DNA of 64,000 nucleotides from an uncultured Rubrivivax sp. Its GTDB lineage: Bacteria > Pseudomonadota > Gammaproteobacteria > Burkholderiales > Burkholderiaceae_C. Positions 20,101 to 27,850 of the stretch are shown in pieces; position 1 is the stretch's first letter; each line of letters starts with the position of its first letter. The translations under genes were made by a program, and so were the position numbers. Below the pieces are notes generated by a model that searched no databases, was not told where the DNA came from, and saw only the letters and a program-made list of their open reading frames with translations. The DNA is taken from assembly GCA_964433315.1 (NCBI GenBank), contig CAYSQO010000001.1:59871-123870 (forward strand), in the 5' to 3' direction.

Positions 20101-21347
20101 AATGGTTCGCTCAACGGACGTTGTCACCCAGGCCTGCCGCGCAGGTCCTCGCAGAAATCGCAGCCCACCAGGAGTACTCGATCTTCGGCGAGACCTTGAC
20201 GGGACCGGACAGCCTGTCGAGAGAGTCGACCAGCGAATCGTTCGCAAACCAAGTCTCTGATCGACAACCTGGGCAGCCGCTCGACTTGAAGGCACGCTTT
20301 GCCGGCTGTCTGTTGGGTGGGGCAGTCGGCGATGCGATGGGCGCGCCGGTGGAGTTCCTGAGGCGTTCCGAGATCCTGGCGCAGTTCGGTTCACAAGGCA
20401 TCACGGACTATGCGCCGGCCTACGGATCCCTGGGTGCGATCACCGACGACACGCAGATGGCCCTCTTCACCGCCGAAGGGCTGCTGAGGACCTGGGTTCG
20501 AGGTGCGACGAAGGGAATCGCTGACCCTTCCAGCATCGTCGCCAATGCCTATCTCCGATGGCTGCGCACACAAGGTGAACGGCCTGATCGAGATCTTGAG
20601 GTTGGTGCCGACAAGCCTGGTTGGCTGTTCGAGCATCGGGCGCTCCATAGCCGACGCGCTCCGGGCAGCACCTGCCTATCGGCGCTACGGACCATGTCTG
20701 GGCTGGGCGAGCCGGCCCTCAACGACAGCAAGGGCTGCGGCGGTGTGATGCGAGTTGCGCCGGCGGGTTTGTACGCGTGGCATCTTCGATCACGGCAGAC
20801 GCTGGAGGAAGTGTTCGCGCTGGGTCGCGATCTCGCCGCACTGACCCATGGGCACCCTACGGGATCGTTGGCTGGTGGTGTGCTGGCGGTGCTCGTGTTC
20901 AGGCTGGTTGCCGGGGGGCACCTGATCGAGGCGATCGGAGATGCGAAGGGGTGCCTGCGACGGTGGCCGGATCACGAGGAAACACTTCGCGCCATTGAGC
21001 AGGCCGAGACCCTCTCCCAGTCACAAAGCTCGCCCATCGAGGCGATCGCAGCTCTCGGTGAGGGTTGGACTGCGGAGGAAGCGCTTGCGATCGGTCTGTA
21101 TTGCGCTCTTGTCGCCGGGAACTTCAAGGAAGGGGTGATCCTGGCCGTGAATCACGATGGCGATTCCGATTCGACGGGCGCCATCGCGGGACACCTGCTT
21201 GGATTGATGCATGGGGTCCAGGACATTCCTCGGGATTGGCTGGCACCACTCGAACTCCGCGAACTGATCGTTCAGGTGGCAGATGATTTGGCCTGCCTGG
21301 ATACCGTCGATCCCAACCGTCTCGCAGAGCGGTATCCGGGATACTGA
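17172..21347 (+). CDS. sngC: Lhr-like DEAH helicase (Shango SngC-like) fused to an unknown domain and a C-terminal ADP-ribosylglycohydrolase
   Basis: TAAGKTEA, DELH, GLSAT, HHGSL, LELGIDIG, QRLGRSGRR; then GGAVGDAMG, TDDTQM, SKGCGGVMR, THGHP, NHDGDSDSTG. Confidence 0.88.
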   Translation: MSATASSSFHLLDERIQRFIWAEGWESLRDAQETAIPLIVKGDRDVIVAAATAAGKTEAAFLPALTHLVQADTPGLAVYISPLKALINDQFGRLDRLCEQLEVPVWPWHGDISASSKSRFLSQRRGVLLITPESLEAMLCNRGTAIGSTFERLSYLVVDELHAFIGTERGKQLQALMHRIERVVGRRVPRIGLSATLGDMGLAAEFLRPGHGAAVALVESKSSGGELRILVKGYEEPRVVRGEREVEESEPVTPAQIAGHLFKGLRGSNNLVFPNSRREVERYTHLLTRMCEAQQVPNEFWPHHGSLSKEIRAETEAALKQKERPATAICTNTLELGIDIGAVRSVAQIGPPPSVASLRQRLGRSGRRKGEPAVLRGYCVEDALSGQPSIADELRLGTVQMAAMISLLLEGWFEPPSVKGAHLSTLVQQVLSFIAQNGGATIGQLHGLLCAPATPFSVVAKDEFVELIRHLGQKELLVQDSSGVLLHGRIGEKLVNHYTFYAAFTSDEEFRIVAGGTSLGTLPVSQVLTIGQRILFAGRTWKVEDIDEEQKTIHVSRAAGGAPPLFSGGAGRTHTRVRQRMRQLLEGDELPSYLDEVARRFLAEGRANYRARGLSDAYVLDQGREVLLLTWLGDAANEAMACLLRRRGFVAAPAGPGVEVLKGQATLEDIVDVLFDAGLDEVPPLDVLLADTRNLQREKWDWALPDRLLRKAYGSQHLDLEEALGWIRTLPGAGRLGTAGSLATGESLGTVVDPAAPDAGGGIADGPSERLHLAPMEGFAEVRLKQAALDSIGLPQMSYPVPIHVLQGGLADDGHLPLAAMLHGLQVQARPGGAPWRDMEPVMARLASLTSPDDNRAVISASSDAWWLELGPVDLTGRIVTIQRGDHLIAAVTPRDDGRLRVSTYRPLDAKSLEYLLGLGQAAHPVHGVNMRENNWEYALDCSAGNGNHYAAERGEAYLSSWDGGLGTWSDGSSEPEWFAQRTLSPRPAAQVLAEIAAHQEYSIFGETLTGPDSLSRESTSESFANQVSDRQPGQPLDLKARFAGCLLGGAVGDAMGAPVEFLRRSEILAQFGSQGITDYAPAYGSLGAITDDTQMALFTAEGLLRTWVRGATKGIADPSSIVANAYLRWLRTQGERPDRDLEVGADKPGWLFEHRALHSRRAPGSTCLSALRTMSGLGEPALNDSKGCGGVMRVAPAGLYAWHLRSRQTLEEVFALGRDLAALTHGHPTGSLAGGVLAVLVFRLVAGGHLIEAIGDAKGCLRRWPDHEETLRAIEQAETLSQSQSSPIEAIAALGEGWTAEEALAIGLYCALVAGNFKEGVILAVNHDGDSDSTGAIAGHLLGLMHGVQDIPRDWLAPLELRELIVQVADDLACLDTVDPNRLAERYPGY

Positions 21348-21454
21348 GGGGCGGGTGGCGCGAGCGTGGCCAGAACGCATCCGGGCCTGTTGACTGTGAA
21401 CCGAGCGCAGGTCGGGCAAGCAAAGGCGCGAGTTCCCGCGTGCACAATTGCCCC

Positions 21455-21916
21455 ATGCCGAACATTGCTACCGTATTGAAGGCAGAGATCGTTCGACTGG
21501 CGCGCAAGGAACTGCGCGAGCAGGTCGATCCACTGAGGAAAAGCCTTTCCGCATCCCGAGCGGAAGTCGCGGCTCTCAAGCGCAAGGTCAGCGACCTTGA
21601 GCGGCAGATCAGGCATGCGTCGCGCGTCCTGCCTGATGTCCCCGCTGTTCCGCAGGCAGAGTTGTCGAGTGCAGAAGATGTCGGCAGCTTCCGGTTTCGT
21701 GCAGGGGGCATGGCCAGCAATCGCAAGCGCCTGGGCTTGTCGGCTGCGGATTTCGGGCTGCTGGTCGGCGCGTCGGGGCAGAGCGTGTACGCCTGGGAGC
21801 AGGGCAAGGCACGCCCCAGGGGCAGGAACCTCGCGGCCATCGCTGCCTTGCGCGGGGTCGGCAAGCGCGAGGTGGTGGAGCGGTTGGCAGCCCTGAAGTC
21901 GGGCGAGCAGTCGTAG
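21455..21916 (+). CDS. XRE-type HTH DNA-binding regulator with N-terminal coiled coil
   Basis: MPNIATVLKAEIVRLARKE; RKRLGLSAADFGLLVGASGQSVYAWEQG. Confidence 0.85.
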   Translation: MPNIATVLKAEIVRLARKELREQVDPLRKSLSASRAEVAALKRKVSDLERQIRHASRVLPDVPAVPQAELSSAEDVGSFRFRAGGMASNRKRLGLSAADFGLLVGASGQSVYAWEQGKARPRGRNLAAIAALRGVGKREVVERLAALKSGEQS

Positions 21917-22054
21917 GCGAGCCGACACGCGGTCCGGCGTCCTGACCGGACCACCGGCGGGCGCTACTCGCCAGCCTTGAGGTGCACGGGCTCGATGGGA
22001 TCCTGACTGCATGGTGGGCCGCCGGCCTGCCATGCAACCGATCAGGAGTCCCTC

Positions 22055-24202
22055 ATGAAATTCTCCAAAGCCGAGGTCGACGCCATCATCGAGGCGTCCC
22101 CGCGCACTTTCGTTCCCTTCAACAAGCTGGTGCTGTCCGAGGACCACCAGGCCCGCAGTGCCACGACGCCCGCGATGTCGCTGCCGGAACTGGCCGCGTC
22201 GATCAAGGACAGCGGCGTGCTGCAGAACCTTGTCGTCGTCCAGGCGGCGCGCGGGCGCTACGAGGTCTGCGCCGGCGGGCGGCGGCTCGCCGCGCTCACG
22301 CTGCTCGTGCAGCAGGGCGACATCGCCGACAACTACCCCGTGCCGGTGCTCGTCGTGCCGGCTGACAAGGCGCTCATCGCGAGCCTTGCCGAGAACTGCT
22401 TCCACGTGCCGATGCACCCGGCCGACGAGTTCGCCGCCTTCGCCAGACTGCTCGCGCAGGGCAAGTCCGTCGAGGACGTGGCCGCAGCCTTCGGCGTGAC
22501 GCCGCTCATCGTCAAGCGGCGCATGAAGCTCGCCACCGTCTCGCCCCGGCTGATGGCCTTGTACCGGGAAGGCGGCATCGGCCTAGACTGCCTCATGGTG
22601 CTGGCCTCGGTCGACGATCACCAGCGCCAGGAGCAGGCCTGGGCCGGTCTGCCGAGCTGGAACCAGCGCCCGGAGCATCTGCGGCAGCTGCTGACCCGGG
22701 GCGAGATCGAATCGGACGCCGACCCTCTGGCCCGGTTCGTCACCGTCAAGGCCTACGAGAAGGCCGGCGGACCCCTGCGCCGCGACCTGTTCAGCGACAA
22801 CGACCGCAAGGCCTACCTGCTGGACCCGGCCCTGCTGGAGCGCCTCGCCGCCGACAAGCTGGGCAAGCGCGCGAAGCAACTGCTGTCTGAAGGCTGGAAG
22901 TGGGTCGACATCCGTCCGCGCTTCGCCTACGACGAGTACGTCAAGCACGGCGAACTGCGCAAGCCCCGCCGCGCTCCGACGCCCGAGGAAGCCGAGGCGC
23001 TGAAGGCGCTGGACACGCGCATCGCTGCCCTGCACGAGCAGATGGACGCGCTGGTGGACCGCGACGGAGATGGCGATGGCGATGCCGGCGAGGGCGTCAG
23101 CGGCGCCAGCGAGGCGAACGACGCCGCCGACGAGGACGACGCGTCGAGCGACCGTGCCTTCCTCGCCCTGGAGTCCGAGGCCGATGGGCTGGAGGAAGAG
23201 CGCAAGGCGAGACTGGAAGCGCTGACCGAATGGCCCGTGGCCTGGATGGCGCTCGCCGGGTGCGTGCTGCATGTGGGCGCGGACGGCCGTGCCGCGATCA
23301 AGGCAGGTCTCATCCGGCCCGAGGATCGGACCGATCTGGCGCAGGCCATCACCAAGGCTGCCGAGCAGAAGTCGGCCGTTGGAGGCGGCTCGGAAGACGG
23401 CGCGGATCCTGCGCCCGGCTCGGGGCTCCCGGCCCTGCAGTCGCATCCATCGGCAGCCGGCGCCACGGCACGGCCCGTGCACTCCGAGAAGCTCATGCGC
23501 CGCCTCACGGCACACCGCGTCGCCGCGATCCAGGCAGAGCTGCTGGACCGACCCGAGGTTGCGCTGGCGGCACTGACGACCCACCTGACACTGAAGCTGC
23601 TGGCCGACCCGCTCCATGGCGCCTACCGACTGCCCAACCTGCTGGCGATCAGCGCGACCGGCAACCAGCACGAACTGCGGGGCGCGGCCGAGGACATCGA
23701 GGCAAGCCCGGCGGCCCAGCGCATCGAAGCCGACCGGATCGCCTGGATCGAGCACCTGCCCAAGGAATCCGACGCGGTGTTCGACTGGATGCTGCGGCAG
23801 CCGCCGCAGACGGTGCAGCGGCTGCTGACCTTCCTGGTCGCGTCCACCGTGAACGGCATCACCGGCACCGACACCGGCCGACCAGTCAATGACGGTCTGG
23901 CCCGCGCCCTCGGCCTGGACATGACGCGATGGTGGTCGGCGACGGGGAAGGCCTACCTTCAGCACGTGTCCAAGGCGAGGGTGGTCGAGGTGGTGCACAC
24001 CGTGGCCGGCGCCAAGGCGGCAGGCCCGCTCGCGGCGCTGAAGAAGGATGCCGCGGTGGCGCAGGCCGAACAACTGCTCGCCGGGCGTGGCTGGTTGCCC
24101 GACTGCCTGCGCGTGCAGCCGCACGCCGATGCCCCGGCGACGGGTGGCGAGAAGGTCGACGCCAACGATCCAGCACGGACCGAGGCGCCCGACTGCGCCT
24201 GA
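22055..24202 (+). CDS. parB: Long ParB/RepB/Spo0J-family protein (ICE/plasmid type)
   Basis: LAASIKDSGVLQNLVV, AGGRRLAAL, SLAEN, MHPADEF, GWLP C-terminus. Confidence 0.9.
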   Translation: MKFSKAEVDAIIEASPRTFVPFNKLVLSEDHQARSATTPAMSLPELAASIKDSGVLQNLVVVQAARGRYEVCAGGRRLAALTLLVQQGDIADNYPVPVLVVPADKALIASLAENCFHVPMHPADEFAAFARLLAQGKSVEDVAAAFGVTPLIVKRRMKLATVSPRLMALYREGGIGLDCLMVLASVDDHQRQEQAWAGLPSWNQRPEHLRQLLTRGEIESDADPLARFVTVKAYEKAGGPLRRDLFSDNDRKAYLLDPALLERLAADKLGKRAKQLLSEGWKWVDIRPRFAYDEYVKHGELRKPRRAPTPEEAEALKALDTRIAALHEQMDALVDRDGDGDGDAGEGVSGASEANDAADEDDASSDRAFLALESEADGLEEERKARLEALTEWPVAWMALAGCVLHVGADGRAAIKAGLIRPEDRTDLAQAITKAAEQKSAVGGGSEDGADPAPGSGLPALQSHPSAAGATARPVHSEKLMRRLTAHRVAAIQAELLDRPEVALAALTTHLTLKLLADPLHGAYRLPNLLAISATGNQHELRGAAEDIEASPAAQRIEADRIAWIEHLPKESDAVFDWMLRQPPQTVQRLLTFLVASTVNGITGTDTGRPVNDGLARALGLDMTRWWSATGKAYLQHVSKARVVEVVHTVAGAKAAGPLAALKKDAAVAQAEQLLAGRGWLPDCLRVQPHADAPATGGEKVDANDPARTEAPDCA

Positions 24203-24230
24203 ACGCAGGGCCGGCCCGGGCCGGGCCGGC

Positions 24231-24353
24231 TCAGGCGACCGGGGCAGCCGTGTCGCCGTCGTCCCCGATGCTTTGTGGCCCGGGCTTGCCGGTCTCGCCC
24301 TGGGCCGGGTCGCGGCTCCCTGCAGGCGAGCGCCGGATCGCACCGATGTAGGC
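24231..24353 (-). pseudogene. Displaced original 3' end of the integrase interrupted by the RIT element
   Basis: Reads AYIGAIRRSPAGSRDPAQGETGKPGPQSIGDDGDTAAPVA*; begins at the duplicated TAGGCG. Confidence 0.7.
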
Positions 24354-24354
24354 G

Positions 24355-24374
24355 ATATGTGCAGCTGCACATAT
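24355..24374. repeat. Perfect 20-bp palindrome ATATGTGCAGCTGCACATAT next to the RIT left end
   Basis: Half-sites match the TTATG(C/T)GCAG boxes inside the RIT ends. Confidence 0.9.
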
Positions 24375-24378
24375 AGCG

Positions 24379-24412
24379 TATTTAGGTCAGTCCGCGGTTA
24401 TGCGCAGTAAGG
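24379..24412 (+). repeat. RIT left inverted repeat
   Basis: TATTTAGGTCAGTCCGCGGTTATGCGCAGTAAGG; 33/34 match to the reverse complement of 27883-27916. Confidence 0.93.
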
Positions 24413-24513
24413 ACCGCAGTGCGGCGCCACCCAAGGAACCCGATGACCCCGCTGCGCATAACGCCTCGCAGCACCAGCCGTTGCTGGCGCTGCGAGGCGG
24501 TCCTGTCGTCGAC

Positions 24514-25524
24514 CTACAGCGAGTGCAGCCAGTCCAGCAGCGACTTGCTCTGCTGCCAGGACGGCAGCGCCGCCGACGGCGACTCGCCGGCCACCTTCTC
24601 CAGCGCGCGTCGCTTCATCTCCAGGTTCGCCCGGGCGTAGATCTGCGTCGTCTTCACATCCACGTGCCCGAGGAAGTCGCGGATGATCTCCAGCGACACG
24701 CCGCTCTGCAGAAGGTGCATGCCCTTGGTGTGGCGCAGGCTGTGAGGGCTGATCTTCTGCGTGAAGCCGGGCACCGCCGACCGGGCTGCCTGCACGTGGC
24801 AGTGCAGCAGGTAGCGCAGTCCCGATCTCGACAAGCGCCCGCCCTGGCGGTTCTGGAACAGCGGCAGGTGGCCTCGCTCAGGCCGGTCGAGATCGTTCTC
24901 CCGCAGGTGGTCACGCAGCAGCCGAGCTGTGGCGTCCATCAGCGGCACGACGCGCACCTTGCGACCCTTGCCCAGCAGCCGAACCTGAGCCGGCGTCGTC
25001 AGGCGCACATCGTGGGCGTTCAGGTCGATCAACTCCTGCGCCCGGGCACCGGTGTCGTACAGCACGCTGAGCATCACTGCATCGCGCCTCCCGGCCGACG
25101 TGGTCGGATCGGGGTGCGCCAGCACCTGAGTCAGCTCGTCCTTCGACATGTAGGCCACCGGCACCTGGACATGGCGCCGCATTGGCATCGCCATGATCTT
25201 CTGGCACTGCAGCATCCGCTCCGGCACTTCGGACTGCACGTAGCGGAAGAACGCGTGCAGCACGGCCAGGCGCTGGTTCAGGGTGCGGATCGAGCACTTC
25301 CGCTCCTGCGCCAGGTGATCGAGGAAGGCTTCCACGAACGCCACGTCGATGTCGGCCAGGGACAGGCGCTCGACAGCAATGCCGCGACCGTCACGGCCGA
25401 AACGCAGCAGCAGCGTGAACACGTCGCGGTAGGCCTTGATGGTGTTCGGGCTGACTTTGCGCTGGCCGGCCAGGTAGCGTGTGAGGAAGTTCGTCACTTG
25501 GACGGACAGGTCGGTCGGCTTCAT
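24514..25524 (-). CDS. ritC: RIT tyrosine recombinase C
   Basis: SPNTIKAYRD, YDTGARAQE, LGKGRK, HSLRHT, LGHVDVKTTQIY. Confidence 0.92.
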   Translation of the reverse strand: MKPTDLSVQVTNFLTRYLAGQRKVSPNTIKAYRDVFTLLLRFGRDGRGIAVERLSLADIDVAFVEAFLDHLAQERKCSIRTLNQRLAVLHAFFRYVQSEVPERMLQCQKIMAMPMRRHVQVPVAYMSKDELTQVLAHPDPTTSAGRRDAVMLSVLYDTGARAQELIDLNAHDVRLTTPAQVRLLGKGRKVRVVPLMDATARLLRDHLRENDLDRPERGHLPLFQNRQGGRLSRSGLRYLLHCHVQAARSAVPGFTQKISPHSLRHTKGMHLLQSGVSLEIIRDFLGHVDVKTTQIYARANLEMKRRALEKVAGESPSAALPSWQQSKSLLDWLHSL

Positions 25525-26516
25525 GATGACCTCCACGGCCGGCGCGGGATGACGTCGCTGAAGGCAGCGTCCGATCGCGCGACGATCTCCGGGTACAGCT
25601 CGGCGGTCATCTGCAGGTAGTCCTGCGTGCCGTCGATCGAGGCGTGGCCCAGGTAGGTGGCCAGCACCGGCATCCTGGCCTGCAGGTCGGCGCCCTCGCG
25701 GTACCAGCGCAACAGGGCGTGCACCGCAAAGGTGTGGCGCAGATCATGAAGGCGAGGCCCTTCTCCTCGCCCGCCATGGCCGATGCCGCATCGGTGCAGC
25801 AGATCCCGGAAGTTGCAGTAGATGCCGCTGCCGTGCAATTGCCCGCCGCGTGGTGACCGGAAGAAGTAGTCGTCGTCGGCACGTGGCCCCAGCGCGGCAG
25901 CGTACTTCTGCAACCGGACCACCAGCGGCCGGGCGGGTGGCACCAGGCGATCCTTGCGGAACTTGGTGTCGTTGATGCGCAGCACGCCCTGGACCAGGTC
26001 GACGTCGCGCATGCGCAGGCTCAGCGCCTCTTCGAGACGCAGGCCGCATCCGTACAGCACGCGGAGTAGCTCCGGCAAGACGATGTGGCGCAGGTGGGTC
26101 GACGCCATCGGCTTGATCCGGTCAGCGGTCTCCAGCAAGCGGCGAACTTCCTCGTGCGTCAACACGCGCGCCACGAACGTCCTCGACTCCTTGGCGCCGA
26201 CTGCGTGATCCGGCACGTCGGCGGGATGGCCGAGCCGGCGCAGGAACAGGGCGAAGTGGCGAACCTGGTTGACACGGGCACGCTGGGTCTTGTCGGTCTC
26301 GTGCGGCTGCTTGGCCAGCCACGATGAAGTCACGGCCTTGGTCAACTCGACCTGTTGCAGGCCTTGGCGGCACAGATGGGCGTCGAGTCGGCGCAGGGCC
26401 CATGCGCCTACGTTGTAGCGATAGCCACAGGCTCGCTTCTCCTGGATGAACTGAGCCATCAGTGGGGCCAAGGGGCTGCTGCCGGTGAAGGTCGCGGGCT
26501 TACTGGACGAGGCCAT
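25521..26516 (-). CDS. ritB: RIT tyrosine recombinase B
   Basis: YGCGLRLEE, TKFRKDR, HDLRHTFAV, YLGHASIDGTQDY. Confidence 0.92.
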   Translation of the reverse strand: MASSSKPATFTGSSPLAPLMAQFIQEKRACGYRYNVGAWALRRLDAHLCRQGLQQVELTKAVTSSWLAKQPHETDKTQRARVNQVRHFALFLRRLGHPADVPDHAVGAKESRTFVARVLTHEEVRRLLETADRIKPMASTHLRHIVLPELLRVLYGCGLRLEEALSLRMRDVDLVQGVLRINDTKFRKDRLVPPARPLVVRLQKYAAALGPRADDDYFFRSPRGGQLHGSGIYCNFRDLLHRCGIGHGGRGEGPRLHDLRHTFAVHALLRWYREGADLQARMPVLATYLGHASIDGTQDYLQMTAELYPEIVARSDAAFSDVIPRRPWRSS

Positions 26517-27771
26517 GGCACACCTCCTCCGGATCGATGGCGGCCAGGCGCAACGTCTCCACGTCGGCCTTGGCGTAGATGAAGGTCGTTGCCGGCGAGG
26601 CGTGTCCCAGCACGGCAGAGATGACCGGGAACGGCGTCTGCGCACCGAGCAGTCGCGTGGCCAGGGTGTGCCGCAGCGAGTGCAGGCCCTGGCGCTGCGG
26701 CGCCTTGAACTTGATGCCGGCCAGTTCGCGCCAGTAAGCCACGACGCGGTAGAGCCGGTCGTTCTGGCAGATCGGATCGAACGGCGGCGTCAGGTTGGTG
26801 AAGAGATGCCGGTGCTCGACCGTTGGTCGCCCCGCTCGCAGGTAGTCGATGATCGCGGCGCCCACTTCCTCGATCAGCGGCAGGACCAGCGGCTCCCCCG
26901 TCTTGCTCTGCACGATCTCGATGGTGGATGTCGACCAGTGCAGGTGGTCGAGCGTCAGCACCTTGATGTCACCCAGCCGCAGTCCCAGTCGAGCTGCGAG
27001 CAGCAGGATGGCGTAGTCCCGCCGGCCCTTCGGCGAGCTGCGATCGACAGCGCCAAGCAGTTGCTCGACCAGTTCCGGCTCCCAAACCGAGGGGACCGTG
27101 GCGTTGCTTGCCAGTCGGACCGTCGGCAACGCGGCACTGAGATCGCGCGGCAGGATGCCGCGCATGAAGAGGTACTGCAGGAACAGCCGCACGCCCGACG
27201 AGACGCAAGCGACGGTCCTCGGCTTCCAGTCCGTCCGGGTCTGAATGAAGGCGCTGAGGTGCTCGGCCTGCAGCATGTCCAGCGACTCCAGGCCGCGAAC
27301 ACGCAGGAAGTCCAGGAAGACCGCGATGCTGTGCATGCGCTCGGCCAGACTGGTGGGCCGAAGGTGCCGGCGTTCCCTGGCGTACTGCTCGTACTCCCGC
27401 AGGGCCTTGTGCATGCCCATCGGTACGCGAAGCCCGGTGGTCTCGACCACGAAGCGGCTGATGGTGCCGGTGCGCGCGAAGTCGTCGAGCACCTTGACGC
27501 CGAAGACCAAATGGCGCCGCCAGCGCTGACCTTCCACCAGCACTTCGCCATCACGCAGCCCGAAGGCTTCCTCGAAGCGAAGCGCGAGGTCGCGCGAGTA
27601 GACCGCGGGCTGACCCTGAGCACGGGCGAAGTCGGCGAGCTGTTCCCACACCCGCTTGTAGCGGTTGACGGTTCGTATGGTGTAGCTGCGCATCAGCAGT
27701 TCCTGCGCAGCGGCCTGACACAGTGGCTCCAGCGCCAGCGCGCCGGATCCATCGGAGTTGAGCGAATCCAT
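26500..27771 (-). CDS. ritA: RIT tyrosine recombinase A
   Basis: RRDYAILLLAARLGLR, QSKTG, HSLRHTLA, LGHASPATTFIY. Confidence 0.92.
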   Translation of the reverse strand: MDSLNSDGSGALALEPLCQAAAQELLMRSYTIRTVNRYKRVWEQLADFARAQGQPAVYSRDLALRFEEAFGLRDGEVLVEGQRWRRHLVFGVKVLDDFARTGTISRFVVETTGLRVPMGMHKALREYEQYARERRHLRPTSLAERMHSIAVFLDFLRVRGLESLDMLQAEHLSAFIQTRTDWKPRTVACVSSGVRLFLQYLFMRGILPRDLSAALPTVRLASNATVPSVWEPELVEQLLGAVDRSSPKGRRDYAILLLAARLGLRLGDIKVLTLDHLHWSTSTIEIVQSKTGEPLVLPLIEEVGAAIIDYLRAGRPTVEHRHLFTNLTPPFDPICQNDRLYRVVAYWRELAGIKFKAPQRQGLHSLRHTLATRLLGAQTPFPVISAVLGHASPATTFIYAKADVETLRLAAIDPEEVCHGLVQ

Positions 27772-27850
27772 GATCGTCTCCTCGTTGAAGGCGGCCCCTG
27801 TGGCCACCGGGGAGGACGATCTTGGAAGCGTTATGTGCAGCCGCGCAGGC

